The notes below the pieces were generated by a model. The model saw only the letters and a list, made by a program, of their open reading frames with translations, was not told where the DNA came from and ran no database searches. 64,000 bases of DNA from an uncultured virus (IMG/VR IMGVR_UViG_3300031994_000074). Lineage: Duplodnaviria > Heunggongvirae > Uroviricota > Caudoviricetes. The stretch is taken from IMG/VR virus record IMGVR_UViG_3300031994_000074. One strand, written 5' to 3'. The position numbers and the translations under genes are program-made. Positions 1 to 10,192 of this stretch are shown here, piece by piece (positions within the stretch are counted from its first letter, which is position 1; each line of letters begins with the position of its first letter).

Positions 1-2
1 AC

Positions 3-522
3 TGTTTCGTATGCCATGCGTTCGGCGGAACGATTGACCTGGTGAAGCAAGTGAACGGATGCGGGTTCATGGACGCGGTGCGGTGGATTGAGGACACGTT
101 TCGGCTTGGGCTTGACCTGGACGAAAAGAACTGGTGGTCGCGGGAACGAAACGCGGCGAGATACGCAAGACGGAACGGAGGCGGACGTGGCAGTGCCGAG
201 AGAAAGCATCGCGGAGCGCATGAAGCAGGCGGTGTACCACAGCGAGAGCGAGACGCGGCGACGGGAGTATGAGCAGAAACGGCGGGAACGTAAGGAACGG
301 GAGCGAGCCGAACAGGAACGCCGGATTCGGCTGGAAAACGAGCTGTGGGACGCATCCGAGGCCGTGTGGTGTGCGGAACAAGTGCTGCGGCGAGAAGGCC
401 CGAAAGCGCCCGGAGAAGGGTTTTCGTGGCGGTACGCACTGGCGGCGAACAACATCCACCGGCTGCGTGAATACCGGGACAGGGTGGAATACGAAATTTA
501 CATGCTGGGCTGTAAAAGATGA
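3..522 (+). CDS. CHC2 zinc-finger (primase-like) protein, 5'-truncated by the window edge and apparently frameshifted at ~150-190
   Basis: Frame 3 from base 3 reads CFVCHAFGGTIDLVKQ...FMDAVRWI, the end of a CHC2 finger. A plausible helical C-terminus lies in the frame of ORF 88..522. Confidence 0.55.
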
Positions 523-557
523 GGAACGGTACAGCGAAGAAGGAAAGGTGATGTGCA

Positions 558-851
558 ATGGCCACCGATACTGTGGCGAAGGAACTGCTGGATTTTGACA
601 GGGCGATGGAGGAATCGGAACGAACGAAGAAACTGCATCGGGAGGCATTCCGGGCGGCGTTCAACTTTCTGGAAGCATTCTACCCGCCGAGGGACGATTT
701 GGACTACTGGATGAAGGCGGCGGAGGAAAGCGGAAGGGTGGCGGCGGAGCACTACGGAAACCCGCTGATTGTGCCGCTGATGGTTGCGATGTATGACTAT
801 CTGGAAGCGGTGGAAAAGGAGAGGGAAAATGGGAGAACGGACGAAAATTGA
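558..851 (+). CDS. hypothetical phage protein
   Basis: ORF with RBS (aaggtg), overlapping the next gene. Confidence 0.6.
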   Translation: MATDTVAKELLDFDRAMEESERTKKLHREAFRAAFNFLEAFYPPRDDLDYWMKAAEESGRVAAEHYGNPLIVPLMVAMYDYLEAVEKERENGRTDEN

Positions 852-1647
852 TTGGGCGGACGCTTCCTGGAACCCGGTTACGGGATGCCTGCACGGATGC
901 GAATACTGCTATGCGCGGAAGATCGCAGAGCGGTTCGGATCAAAGCAGATGCCCGTTTTCACGGATTTTCCAGTGCTTAATGAGCCTGTACGGTGCACAG
1001 ACACCTATGAGTATATGCGAGAAGCAGGGATCAGCGCGGGCAAAGTTCAGCCGTACCCATTCGATTTCACACCGACGTTTCACCGGTACCGGCTGGACGA
1101 GCCGAAGCACTGGAAGAAGCCGCGCAATATCTTCGTGTGCTCTATGGCGGATCTGTTCGGTGACTGGGTGCCTGATGAATGGATTGCAGAGGTATTCAAC
1201 GCCTGCGTTGCTGCGCCGCAGCACAGATATCTGTTCCTGACGAAGAATGGGAAACGGTACAGCGACTTGGTTCATAAGGGCATCCTGGTACAACGGGACA
1301 ATTTCTGGTACGGAAGCACCATCACGGCCCCGGACGCGCTCTATTGGTGGAGCGATAAGCACCACAATTTTGCCAGCGTGGAGCCGATTCTTGAACCGTT
1401 TGATTATAAGGAATTGCAGCCAGATGAACCGACAGGGCCATACCCGGAATGGATGATCGTGGGTGCGGAAACCGGGAACCGGAAGGGCAAGGTTATACCG
1501 GAAAAGGACTGGCTGGACGGGATCCTGGAGGGCCGGAAAAGGCACGGATACGCTGTGTTTATGAAAGAATCTCTGCGTGATCTAATGGGCGCGGATTTTG
1601 TGCAGGAATTTCCATGGGATAGCGAACAGAAAACAAGCAGGATATGA
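829..1647 (+). CDS. Gp37/Gp68 (DUF5131) family protein
   Basis: TKIDWADASWNPVTGC-x3-C-x2-CYA, IFVCSMADLF, FLTK and WMIVGAETG motifs. Confidence 0.85.
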   Translation: MGERTKIDWADASWNPVTGCLHGCEYCYARKIAERFGSKQMPVFTDFPVLNEPVRCTDTYEYMREAGISAGKVQPYPFDFTPTFHRYRLDEPKHWKKPRNIFVCSMADLFGDWVPDEWIAEVFNACVAAPQHRYLFLTKNGKRYSDLVHKGILVQRDNFWYGSTITAPDALYWWSDKHHNFASVEPILEPFDYKELQPDEPTGPYPEWMIVGAETGNRKGKVIPEKDWLDGILEGRKRHGYAVFMKESLRDLMGADFVQEFPWDSEQKTSRI

Positions 1648-1696
1648 AAATATCCAATGGATGATCTGCTGAATCAACGGAAAGGACAACCATGAC

Positions 1697-3676
1697 ATGA
1701 GCGAAGCGGCAGCAAAACTTACAACCGTTCCGGACGCGGGACCGCATGATGCGACGCGGCTGATCCCGGACTTCACGCTTGCGGACTTCACGGACACGGA
1801 CAAGCCGTATGCCTGGCTGTATGAGCAGAAGGACAACCCGTTTCTGCAACAGCAGCTTCTCGGCAAAATGAATCTGCTGGCAAAGCGGCTGAAGTTTCCC
1901 GGGTTTCTCGGGATATGGAAAAAATACCTGGAGGCGAGGGAACCGAAGCAGCAGATTCTTGGGGACTTCGTGACGATGTTTCCGGATCAGCCCGTGCAGA
2001 TGCGGAGCGGAAAATACGTATGCGATCAGTTCGGTATTGCCTACACGGGACGGATGGGCGAAGAAATTGAAGTCTGTTCCCATCCGCTGATGCCGGTGAA
2101 ACGGATTGTGAACATCGACACGAACGAGGAGAAGCTGGAGATTGCCTACAGCCGGGGCGGAAAGTGGCGGACGATGATCGCCGGACGGGAACAGCTGGCA
2201 AGCGCGCAGAAGGTGATTGCGCTGGCCCGGAACGGAATCGCCGTGAACAGCGAGAACGCAAAGGAAATTGTCAAATACCTGACGGAGCTGGAGAGCATCA
2301 ACTACGACGAGATGCCGAACCAGAGCAGCACAGGACACATGGGATGGCTGCCGAACGGGCAGTTTTCTCCATACTGCAAAGAGGTCGTGTACGACGGGGA
2401 GAACAGCGAGTTTATCCGGATGTTCGACAACTTTAAGGAGCACGGGGACTTCGATACCTGGATGAGCATTGCGAAAGAGGTGCGGAACGGAAAGAGCGTT
2501 CCGGCGCGGATCGCGCTGGCAGCAAGCTTCGCCGCGCCGATTGTGTCCATCTGTCACGCACTGAGCTTCTTTGTGCATCTGTGGGGGACGCAGGGCTGCG
2601 GCAAGACCGTCGGGCTGATGCTTGCGGCGAGCGTCTGGGGCAATCCGGACACAGGCGCCGGATACCTCAAACATTTCGGCGGCACAAAGGTGAGCCATGA
2701 GCTGTACGCCGCTTTCTGCTGCAATGTGCCGATATTTCTGGACGAGCTTCAGGTGATTTCTGACCGGAAGAGCTTTGACGACATTATCTACATGCTGTGC
2801 GAGGGCATGAGCAAGGGGCGCGGGAGCCGGGAAGGCGGGCTTCAGCTTCAGCGCAGGTGGTGTACGTGCGTGCTGACGAGCGGAGAGATGCCGATTGTGC
2901 AGAGCAATTCCGGTGGCGGCGCGGCGGTGCGGACCATCGAAGTCAACTACGGCGGGGAGCCGCTGTTTGCGGATGCCCGGAAGGTGGCGGAAACGCTGAA
3001 AGACCATTACGGCTTTGCCGGACGCAGGTTTGTGGAAGCACTGAAGAACGAGAAGACCGTGGAGGCTCTGAAGGTGATCCAGCAGCGGTATTATCACGAG
3101 CTGAGCGGGGACATTCAGGACAAGCAGGTGCTGTCCGCAAGCATCCTGCTGGCGGCAGACAAACTCGCGGAGGTGACGCTGTTCCACGACGGACGGGCGC
3201 TGACGGTGGAGGACATCAAGCCATACCTGATCACCAGGGAGATGGCGGATGTCAATTTCCGGTGCTATCAGTGGCTGCTGGGGCACATCGGCGCGAACCA
3301 GATCCGCTTCACCGAGGACAACAACAACGGCGAGCAGTGGGGCGTGCGGGAGAAGGACGTGATCTTCTTTGTGCGGACGATCTTCGACCGGGAATTGCAG
3401 AAGGGCGGGTACAGCCCAGGATCCTTCCTGACGTGGGCGAAGCGGAACGGGAAGATCCTTGCGGACGATCACGGCAGCGGCAGCGGAAACCAGCGGCTGA
3501 CGAGACGAAAGACCGTTGGCGGAATGAATGTTCCGTGCGTGGCGATTGTCTACGACGACGCGGACGGGACGGAGCAGAGAGGTCCTGAAGAGGGCGAAGC
3601 GGGCACAGAGGAAACGCGGGCGGACGTGCCAGCGGGTTATACGGTGGCAGAAAACGATGAGGATATGCCGTTCTGA
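1697..3676 (+). CDS. DUF927-domain replicative helicase/ATPase
   Basis: 659 aa; Walker A GTQGCGKT, Walker B FLDE, GxSKGRG; acidic DEDMPF tail. Confidence 0.8.
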   Translation: MSEAAAKLTTVPDAGPHDATRLIPDFTLADFTDTDKPYAWLYEQKDNPFLQQQLLGKMNLLAKRLKFPGFLGIWKKYLEAREPKQQILGDFVTMFPDQPVQMRSGKYVCDQFGIAYTGRMGEEIEVCSHPLMPVKRIVNIDTNEEKLEIAYSRGGKWRTMIAGREQLASAQKVIALARNGIAVNSENAKEIVKYLTELESINYDEMPNQSSTGHMGWLPNGQFSPYCKEVVYDGENSEFIRMFDNFKEHGDFDTWMSIAKEVRNGKSVPARIALAASFAAPIVSICHALSFFVHLWGTQGCGKTVGLMLAASVWGNPDTGAGYLKHFGGTKVSHELYAAFCCNVPIFLDELQVISDRKSFDDIIYMLCEGMSKGRGSREGGLQLQRRWCTCVLTSGEMPIVQSNSGGGAAVRTIEVNYGGEPLFADARKVAETLKDHYGFAGRRFVEALKNEKTVEALKVIQQRYYHELSGDIQDKQVLSASILLAADKLAEVTLFHDGRALTVEDIKPYLITREMADVNFRCYQWLLGHIGANQIRFTEDNNNGEQWGVREKDVIFFVRTIFDRELQKGGYSPGSFLTWAKRNGKILADDHGSGSGNQRLTRRKTVGGMNVPCVAIVYDDADGTEQRGPEEGEAGTEETRADVPAGYTVAENDEDMPF

Positions 3677-3777
3677 CGGCAGAGGACGTGCCCGGAAAGC
3701 GGCTGAAAAGTTACATGCCAGAGCGTAAAAACCGTGTATGTGCGTATCTGATATGTAATTCTTCGCTGGGGCTGCCG

Positions 3778-4265
3778 TTGTACGCTTTGTACGTTCGGGA
3801 GAAAAACGGCGAGAAAGCGGACGGGACAGGAGCAATCTCCGTTGTACGTTTTGTACGTTTTGTACGTTGCAAAATCGGACGGATTGCGAGTTTGACCTTT
3901 AATTGCTGCGGGCGTTTTTGTGGATTGTACGTTTTGTACGTTTTGTACGTTGCATTTTTTCATTGTACGTTTTGTACGTTTTGTACGTTCGCAAAAACGG
4001 GAAAATGGAGGTTGAAATGAAAAAATACGGTCAATAACAGACAATTTTGTACGTTTTGTACGTTGTACGTTGCACAAAATATAAGCCCTATAAAAAAGAG
4101 TGAAACACACAGGGGGCAAAAATGGTGTTACGCACAGTCGCGCGCGTAAGCGCAAAAAATCGACGTACAAAGCGTACAAAACGTACAAAATGTAGGAAAA
4201 TCAAGGCTTTGAGGGGCGTATTTTTTGTACGTTGCCAAAAAAACAACGTACAACGACGTACAAAC
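3778..4265. repeat. iteron cluster, putative phage replication origin
   Basis: About 20 copies of (T)TGTACG(TT), mostly in 9-bp-spaced triplets. They are direct at 3778-4073 and largely inverted at 4162-4265. The region is non-coding, between helicase and clamp. Confidence 0.75.
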
Positions 4266-4297
4266 GACAAAAATGGGTATGAAGGGAGAAAAAAACG

Positions 4298-5407
4298 ATG
4301 AAACTGACCATGGAAAGCAGAAGCCTGCTTGAAGGACTGAATGTTGTCACCCGGGCACTGGCATCCAAACCCGCGCAACCGATTTTGGAGGGCGTGAACC
4401 TTGTAACCGAAAACGGGCATGTCACTCTGACATGCTCGGACGGTAACTTTGTGATCCGGTGGCATGGCGAGTGCAGAACGGACAAGGACGGGAGCGCCAT
4501 TCTGCCAGGAAAGCTGCTCGCGGAACTTGTGCGGAAACTGCCCGCCGGTGACGTGCATATGGAATCGGACGGAACGAGCGTGTCCATCCGCTGCCAAAAG
4601 AGCCGCAGCAAACTGAGCGTGATCGCCGGAACGGAATACCCTGACGCCGCAGACGTGAACGGGTACGAGCTGAACGTGCCGCAGGCGGCCATGAAGGACA
4701 TGATTAACCACGTATCCTTTGCCATCGCCACAGACGAGAGCCGTATGATTCTTACAGGCGGGCTTGTGGAAATCACCCGGGACGAGATGCGGATGGTCGC
4801 GCTGGACGGGTTCCGGCTGGCAATGCAGAAAACGCCAGGAGAATACGCCATGCCGGACGGGAAGGAGAAAATCAGCGCGGTCATTCCCGGGCGTGCGCTG
4901 AACGAAATGAGCCGCGTGCTGAACGGCACGGACGAGGACTGCGTGCTGACAATCGGCGACGGACGGATGATGTGCCGCGCGGGAGCGGTTGAAATGTCCG
5001 GAAGCCTGTTGGCGGGTGAGTTTGTGGACTACAGACGGATTCTTCCGGATGCGTTCCAGACCGAGGTGATCGCGGACGTGACCGAACTGAGCGAGGCCAT
5101 TGACCGTGCAAGCCTGATGGCACGGGAAGGAAAGAACAACCTGGTTAAGCTGAGTTTTACGGAGGAATGCGTAAAAATCAGCAGCAATGCGGAAATGGGT
5201 AACGTGGAGGAAGAAATGGAGGTGTCCACCCACGGCGAGAACCTGAACATCGCATTCAACAGCAATTATCTGCGGGATATGCTGAAGAACCTGGACGGCG
5301 ACCGCGTTGTGCTCAAGTTTAACGCACCCACCACACCCTGCATTGCCGTGCCGCAGGATAACACAAACTGCGTGCAGCTGCTCTTGCCCGTGCGGACGTT
5401 CGCATAA
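4298..5407 (+). CDS. dnaN: DNA polymerase III beta sliding clamp
   Basis: 369 aa; PILEGV, FAIATDESRMILTG, MVALDGFRLA, GEFVDYRRILP, IAFNSNYL, LLLPVR. Confidence 0.95.
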   Translation: MKLTMESRSLLEGLNVVTRALASKPAQPILEGVNLVTENGHVTLTCSDGNFVIRWHGECRTDKDGSAILPGKLLAELVRKLPAGDVHMESDGTSVSIRCQKSRSKLSVIAGTEYPDAADVNGYELNVPQAAMKDMINHVSFAIATDESRMILTGGLVEITRDEMRMVALDGFRLAMQKTPGEYAMPDGKEKISAVIPGRALNEMSRVLNGTDEDCVLTIGDGRMMCRAGAVEMSGSLLAGEFVDYRRILPDAFQTEVIADVTELSEAIDRASLMAREGKNNLVKLSFTEECVKISSNAEMGNVEEEMEVSTHGENLNIAFNSNYLRDMLKNLDGDRVVLKFNAPTTPCIAVPQDNTNCVQLLLPVRTFA

Positions 5408-5421
5408 GGAGGCAACAGATA

Positions 5422-5649
5422 ATGAGTAAAGCACCAGGAAACCCGATTCCCACGGATAAAATGGTCCACCGACTGCGGCTGTTCGCCGACGCGGGCGGGA
5501 ACCTCACCCGCGACCGGCGCGAACTGATTATCCAGGCGGCTGACAGACTGGAAGATCTCGACGAGCGCGTCGCCATCATGACGGAACAGGAAAACGCCGG
5601 AAACGCAAACCGGATTAACTTCCCGATTTACGGAGGACACAAGGAATGA
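5422..5649 (+). CDS. hypothetical protein
   Basis: ORF with aggagg RBS. Confidence 0.6.
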   Translation: MSKAPGNPIPTDKMVHRLRLFADAGGNLTRDRRELIIQAADRLEDLDERVAIMTEQENAGNANRINFPIYGGHKE

Positions 5650-6293
5650 AAACACTGATCGCCATCCCATGCATGGAAACCGTGCACGCCGATTTTGCCC
5701 GGTCGCTTGTGGATCTTACCCGGAACGCACCGAACGAAACCAATGTGTGCTTTAAAAAATCCAGCCTGATCTACGACAGCCGGAACCTTCTGTCACTCAC
5801 GGCCATAGAAAACGAATATGACCGGATGCTGTGGCTGGACAGCGATATGGTGTTTGATCCGAACACACTTATTTCACTCCACAAGGATATGGACGACACA
5901 AAAGCGGACATAATTACAGGACTGTATGTAAAAAGGTCGCCTTCCGCGCTGCCGGTGCTGTACAAAACAATCCGACCGCCTGAAAAAAACGGGAACGATA
6001 TCACAAAATGCGTGATCGACTATCTCGACTATCCCCCAGACTCACTCTTCCCTGTCGCAGGCGCCGGGTTCGGATGCGTTCTCATGTCTGTGCCGTTCGT
6101 GAAAAAATTGTGGGACACGTTCGGCCCGCCATTCTCTCCGCTTGTCTGGGCCGGAGAAGATATCACGTTCTTCTACCGCGCCAACCTTGCGGGCGGAAAA
6201 ATCCTGTGCGACAGCCGGATCCGCCTGGGACACGTCGGGAGCATTACCTTCACGCCCGATATCTACGAAGCGAAACGGAAAGAAACGAGGTGA
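5646..6293 (+). CDS. glycosyltransferase (GT-A/GT2-like)
   Basis: IAIP start, SRN, WLDSD (DxD), GAGFGCVL, GEDITF, LGH. Confidence 0.8.
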   Translation: MKTLIAIPCMETVHADFARSLVDLTRNAPNETNVCFKKSSLIYDSRNLLSLTAIENEYDRMLWLDSDMVFDPNTLISLHKDMDDTKADIITGLYVKRSPSALPVLYKTIRPPEKNGNDITKCVIDYLDYPPDSLFPVAGAGFGCVLMSVPFVKKLWDTFGPPFSPLVWAGEDITFFYRANLAGGKILCDSRIRLGHVGSITFTPDIYEAKRKETR

Positions 6294-6622
6294 CAGCTGT
6301 GACAAAAAGCTGGATTGACGCAATCGGAAACCATATGTGGCGGTTCTACTTCTCCCGTCCAGATGCCGATCCGTCCGGAATGGAACCGTCAAACCGCGCG
6401 CAATGGGAAGCCTGCCACCGCGCAATGAACCGCTATAACCGCACCGCACAGGATATCATGCGATCCTACTATACCTGCGAATGGGGACACGACCTGCACG
6501 CAATGGACGCCTACTCCGCCCGGACTGGGATTACAACAGACCGTATCCTGCATATCATTCACTCCGCAAACCGCGCCGCAGCGGAAGAACGCGGACTGAT
6601 CGACCGCAGGCGTGAAGAATGA
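6290..6622 (+). CDS. hypothetical protein, possibly a late transcription regulator
   Basis: GTG start overlapping the upstream stop; located at the end of the replication operon. Confidence 0.5.
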   Translation: MTAVTKSWIDAIGNHMWRFYFSRPDADPSGMEPSNRAQWEACHRAMNRYNRTAQDIMRSYYTCEWGHDLHAMDAYSARTGITTDRILHIIHSANRAAAEERGLIDRRREE

Positions 6623-6770
6623 AAGATGCTCACAGAACGGCGCAGAACGGGGCAAAAAGCTCGTGCAGGATGAAAAACGTGCTGGCGGTCGTTCGATATG
6701 CTGGACGCGGTAAAAGTGGCGTTTTTGTGCGAAATGTGATAGGATGTATGAGGAACGTGAATAACCACAA

Positions 6771-7352
6771 ATGGGAGTGAACAAATTGGAAAATGAAGTA
6801 TGGAAAGATATACCGGGATTTGAAGGCAAATATCAGATCAGCAATTTGGGCCGCGTAAAGAGTTTGAGCAGAACACTTCCGCATAAAACACATATTACAT
6901 GGAAAATACAGGAACGTATACTATCTCAAAGCAGGCGTGGTTCAGGAAAAAAGAAATATCTTGGCGTATGCCTTCACGTTGGAAAAGGTAACATGGTCTC
7001 CGCTCAAGTTCACAGACTTGTTGCAGAATCATTTGTACAAAACCCTGATAACAAACCAGATGTAAACCATATAGACGGAAACACAGAAAATAACCGCGCA
7101 GATAACCTTGAATGGGTAACAGCACATGAAAATACCAAACACGCATGGGATACTGGACTCTGCGATAATATTGTAAGGGCCAAATCAGTCCCGGTTATTA
7201 ACGTAACAACAGGACAACGATTTGACAGCATAGCGGCCGCAGAACGTTATTATGGAAAAACATTTGGTGCAATCAGTCACGTATTGAACGGAAAGCACAA
7301 ACGCGCTCATGGATGTGAATGGAAATATGCATTTGAACAGGAGGAACATTGA
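6771..7352 (+). CDS. NUMOD4-HNH endonuclease
   Basis: EVWKDIPGFEGKYQISNLGRVKS (NUMOD4); VHRLVA...VNHIDGNTENNRADNLEW (HNH); AT-rich. Confidence 0.9.
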   Translation: MGVNKLENEVWKDIPGFEGKYQISNLGRVKSLSRTLPHKTHITWKIQERILSQSRRGSGKKKYLGVCLHVGKGNMVSAQVHRLVAESFVQNPDNKPDVNHIDGNTENNRADNLEWVTAHENTKHAWDTGLCDNIVRAKSVPVINVTTGQRFDSIAAAERYYGKTFGAISHVLNGKHKRAHGCEWKYAFEQEEH

Positions 7353-7353
7353 A

Positions 7354-7932
7354 ATGGCAAGGACAAAACAGACAGAAAGCAAAACAACTGACAACGCTAC
7401 AAAACAAGTCACGGAGATTGTTAAAAAGAAACGGAATCGCCCTGACCTTGCTAACTTCGGTGAAGAATACGCAGAGCCAGGCGACAACGCGCGCTATTTG
7501 CGTCATGCTATGGTGTCACTCAGCCTTCCTCCGATTGACATATCTGATCCGAAACAGGTTGAACAGCGCATTATGGATTATTTCCAATATTGCGTGGATA
7601 ATGATCGCAAGCCGAACATTAAAGGGTTGGGTAATTGGATTGGAGTGGATGATGAAACGGTTATGCGGTGGCGAAAAGGTGAATACAGAGCAGAAACACA
7701 CTGCGGATTGATAAAAAAAGCAATCGACGTATTACAGGAATTATGGTGGGATTATGGGCAGAACGGTAAATCAAATCCCGCAGCATGGATTTTCATCGGA
7801 AAAAATGCGTTCGGGATGCGTGATGAACAGCAAATTACAGTCACCCCGAATAACCCGTTGCAGAATCTGGACGAAGAAGCGGCCCGGAAACGGATCATAG
7901 ACGCCCTTCCGGAGCCGGACGAAACGGAATAA
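7354..7932 (+). CDS. putative terminase small subunit
   Basis: YFQYC...PNIKGLGNWIG-HTH...NPAAWIFIGKNAFGMRD pattern typical of phage TerS/DNA-packaging proteins. Confidence 0.6.
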   Translation: MARTKQTESKTTDNATKQVTEIVKKKRNRPDLANFGEEYAEPGDNARYLRHAMVSLSLPPIDISDPKQVEQRIMDYFQYCVDNDRKPNIKGLGNWIGVDDETVMRWRKGEYRAETHCGLIKKAIDVLQELWWDYGQNGKSNPAAWIFIGKNAFGMRDEQQITVTPNNPLQNLDEEAARKRIIDALPEPDETE

Positions 7933-8176
7933 TCCAGGCTGTACGGATACGCTGGAAATGCGGAAAACAATAAAAAGCAACCTGCCCGCGCCGTAGGATA
8001 TATTATCGTTTATATATGTACTATTTGTACGTTATAAATAATAATATATATACTATGACGTGACAGGTTGCTTTTTGTTATGGGTGGATTCTGGCGTGCC
8101 GGACGTACAAAAGCGGGCAGGATGTTCCCGTCGTGGATATCGGCCTTGTTCTTATGCGGAAACAATCACCCCACGA

Positions 8177-8210
8177 AAAAACGCCCCGAGGAAGTCCCCG
8201 GGGCGTTCGC
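8177..8210. terminator. hairpin terminator between converging units
   Basis: aaaaacgccccgagg-aagt-ccccggggcgtt. Confidence 0.55.
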
Positions 8211-8219
8211 TTATTTTCT

Positions 8220-8417
8220 TTATTTTCCGTACTCTTCCAGCAGCCGGTTGACATCCTCGGCCGTCAGATCATCCCGCTCGATGATCCCTTCGATCTTGTA
8301 GCGGAAACCGTCGTCCGTTTCGTATTCCTTGATCACCAGCGGATCGGAATTGCTATACACTTCTTCCGCTGCCTTCGTCATTGTAAGGTTTGTTTTTGTC
8401 TCTCCGTAAATCTTCAT
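8220..8417 (-). CDS. hypothetical protein (leftward cassette)
   Basis: acidic 65-aa ORF with ggagg RBS. Confidence 0.65.
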   Translation of the reverse strand: MKIYGETKTNLTMTKAAEEVYSNSDPLVIKEYETDDGFRYKIEGIIERDDLTAEDVNRLLEEYGK

Positions 8418-8453
8418 TTTTCTTTCCTCCTTATTCCTCTTGAGTCTGGCTAT

Positions 8454-8654
8454 TCAATCATGCGGCAGATCGTGAATGATGCTATTCCAGGCGTCCATGA
8501 ACGCCTGCGGGGTCGGCTTTTCGTCGATGCTGTCCAGCACGTCGGGATCCATGTACCCAATCAGTGTGGCAGCGTCATCAATTGTGATTTCCCGGCAATA
8601 AGCGCCGGTTCTGTCGTTTTCGATCCAGTTTGTGATAAGCTCTCTTAATGTCAT
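8454..8654 (-). CDS. hypothetical protein (leftward cassette)
   Basis: ORF with gggagg RBS. Confidence 0.65.
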   Translation of the reverse strand: MTLRELITNWIENDRTGAYCREITIDDAATLIGYMDPDVLDSIDEKPTPQAFMDAWNSIIHDLPHD

Positions 8655-8695
8655 TTTTCGTTCCTCCCGTTTTTTATTTTAGTATAGCACGATTG

Positions 8696-9019
8696 TCAAC
8701 ACAGGCCGTTTTCCCGGAACTCTGTCAATAGCCCGTATCGTTTCCCCATGCGATAGAACCAGTCTGCAACGGTCTGCAATTCGCCCCAGGACAGCGGCCA
8801 CGCTTCGCTATAATTGGACCATTCAACCGCTGTATTATACACAGATTCGCGCCGGTCTGCATAGCTTTTGCCGTGCGTCTCAAACGGAATCACTGTGATT
8901 TCTTCGCAAAGCGGACTGAACGTGTCGCGGTGGAAAAGAGGCCAAGAATAATAGATTGCTGCGTGCTTTTTTCCGTCAAGAACATAAGAACCGTAAAACA
9001 TTTTTACATCCTCCTTCAA
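8696..9019 (-). CDS. hypothetical protein (leftward cassette)
   Basis: ORF ending LLTEFRENGLC. Confidence 0.65.
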   Translation of the reverse strand: MKEDVKMFYGSYVLDGKKHAAIYYSWPLFHRDTFSPLCEEITVIPFETHGKSYADRRESVYNTAVEWSNYSEAWPLSWGELQTVADWFYRMGKRYGLLTEFRENGLC

Positions 9020-9210
9020 ATACTGTATTTTACGTAGTTAAATGACGATTCAGAAACCCAGAAATAATGGTTGCAGCACCGGACAACGTAAGCGTCTTTA
9101 CCCCAATATAACTTTCTCATGCCTGTCAGGTTCCCGCCGCGCCCGGTTGAACCGAAACAATGGTCAGAAAGCCACTGAAACCATTCTTTCCCTGCTGTGA
9201 TGGTTCTCAT
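9016..9210 (-). CDS. hypothetical protein (leftward cassette)
   Basis: MRTITAG start after an aggagg RBS. Confidence 0.55.
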   Translation of the reverse strand: MRTITAGKEWFQWLSDHCFGSTGRGGNLTGMRKLYWGKDAYVVRCCNHYFWVSESSFNYVKYSI

Positions 9211-9460
9211 TGCCCTGTCCTCCTTAATTCCATGCAAGCTGTGTCTGTGGCGCTGCTGGCTGTGCGGCCTGGCGCCGGTAAACGGATACGCTTTTTCCGT
9301 GCCGGAAAATATAGGCAAGACAGGCATTGATCCCGGTCGCCTGTTCCAGCTGATGAGCGAATCGGAACGCGGAGAAAAATCCCGAAAAATCACGCCGGAA
9401 CTGCCCAGAAACGGTTTGATAAATTACGTAATACATTGGTTTTTTTTCATCCTTTGTAAT

Positions 9461-10192
9461 TTATGCAACAACTGATTCGGTGCTATTCCACCAGGAAACA
9501 AGCCGCTTTTGTTCTTCTTCCGGCACGCGGTAGACTTCAAATTGTTTGATATTCGCGCCTGTCCGGAAATAGGCAAGTGCTTTTCCTTCCGTTTTCGGGT
9601 CTGGGAACAGTTCAGCGCCGGTTCTGTCACAGATAAACCGCGATTGCTGTTTTGTGGCGACGCGGAGACAAACAACGGCCGGGAAGTTGACTTTAATCGG
9701 CGTCGGCAAAACGGACGCCAACAGGCATTGCGTGCCAGCTATTACATGGATTCCAGCGGCCCGTCCGAGCTGCATGATTCGTTGTAGCAATGGCGCGACT
9801 TCGACTTTATTCGTTGTCAACAGGTCGGCCAGCTCGTCAATGACAACGAGGACTTGCGCGCCCGTCCATAGCCGCTCGCCATTCTGCCGGAGAAAACGGA
9901 GGCGGGACTCCATGATTTCAACTGTCTCGCGGAGGGTTTTAATCATTTCGTCTTGTTCGTAACTGTATTTGATAGTATGCGGCAGGCGCTCCCACTGGAA
10001 TAGTTCAGTCATTTTCGGGTCAAGCAGCACCAGGCGATACGCTGCCGGGCTATCCAGCAATGCGGTTGATAGTAGACTGTTGATTAAAACGGATTTGCCG
10101 GAGCCGGTCGCACCTGCAACGAGCAGATGCGACTGATCCAGCATGGAAGAATAGAGACTGAAACGGGAACCGCCGGGTGTAAGGTATTTCAA
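9461..10192 (-). CDS. stand-alone FtsK/SpoIIIE-family ATPase
   Basis: HLLVAGATGSGKS, LLDPKMTEL, VVIDELADL, LGRAAGIHVIAGTQ. Confidence 0.9.
   Translation of the reverse strand: MKYLTPGGSRFSLYSSMLDQSHLLVAGATGSGKSVLINSLLSTALLDSPAAYRLVLLDPKMTELFQWERLPHTIKYSYEQDEMIKTLRETVEIMESRLRFLRQNGERLWTGAQVLVVIDELADLLTTNKVEVAPLLQRIMQLGRAAGIHVIAGTQCLLASVLPTPIKVNFPAVVCLRVATKQQSRFICDRTGAELFPDPKTEGKALAYFRTGANIKQFEVYRVPEEEQKRLVSWWNSTESVVA

Noticed and set aside
1559..3835. 758-aa minus-strand ORF; likewise 4088-5434, 21464-24169, 26063-27181 and 50675-52525
   Set aside because: Antisense shadows of well-supported plus-strand genes in GC-rich sequence, with no recognisable motifs
3688..4188. ORFs with CTFCTF or NVQNVQ repeats
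   Set aside because: Translations of the TGTACG iteron array, not credible proteins
3778..4265. Possible CRISPR array
   Set aside because: Units are 9 bp with no unique 30-40 bp spacers, and no cas genes are present
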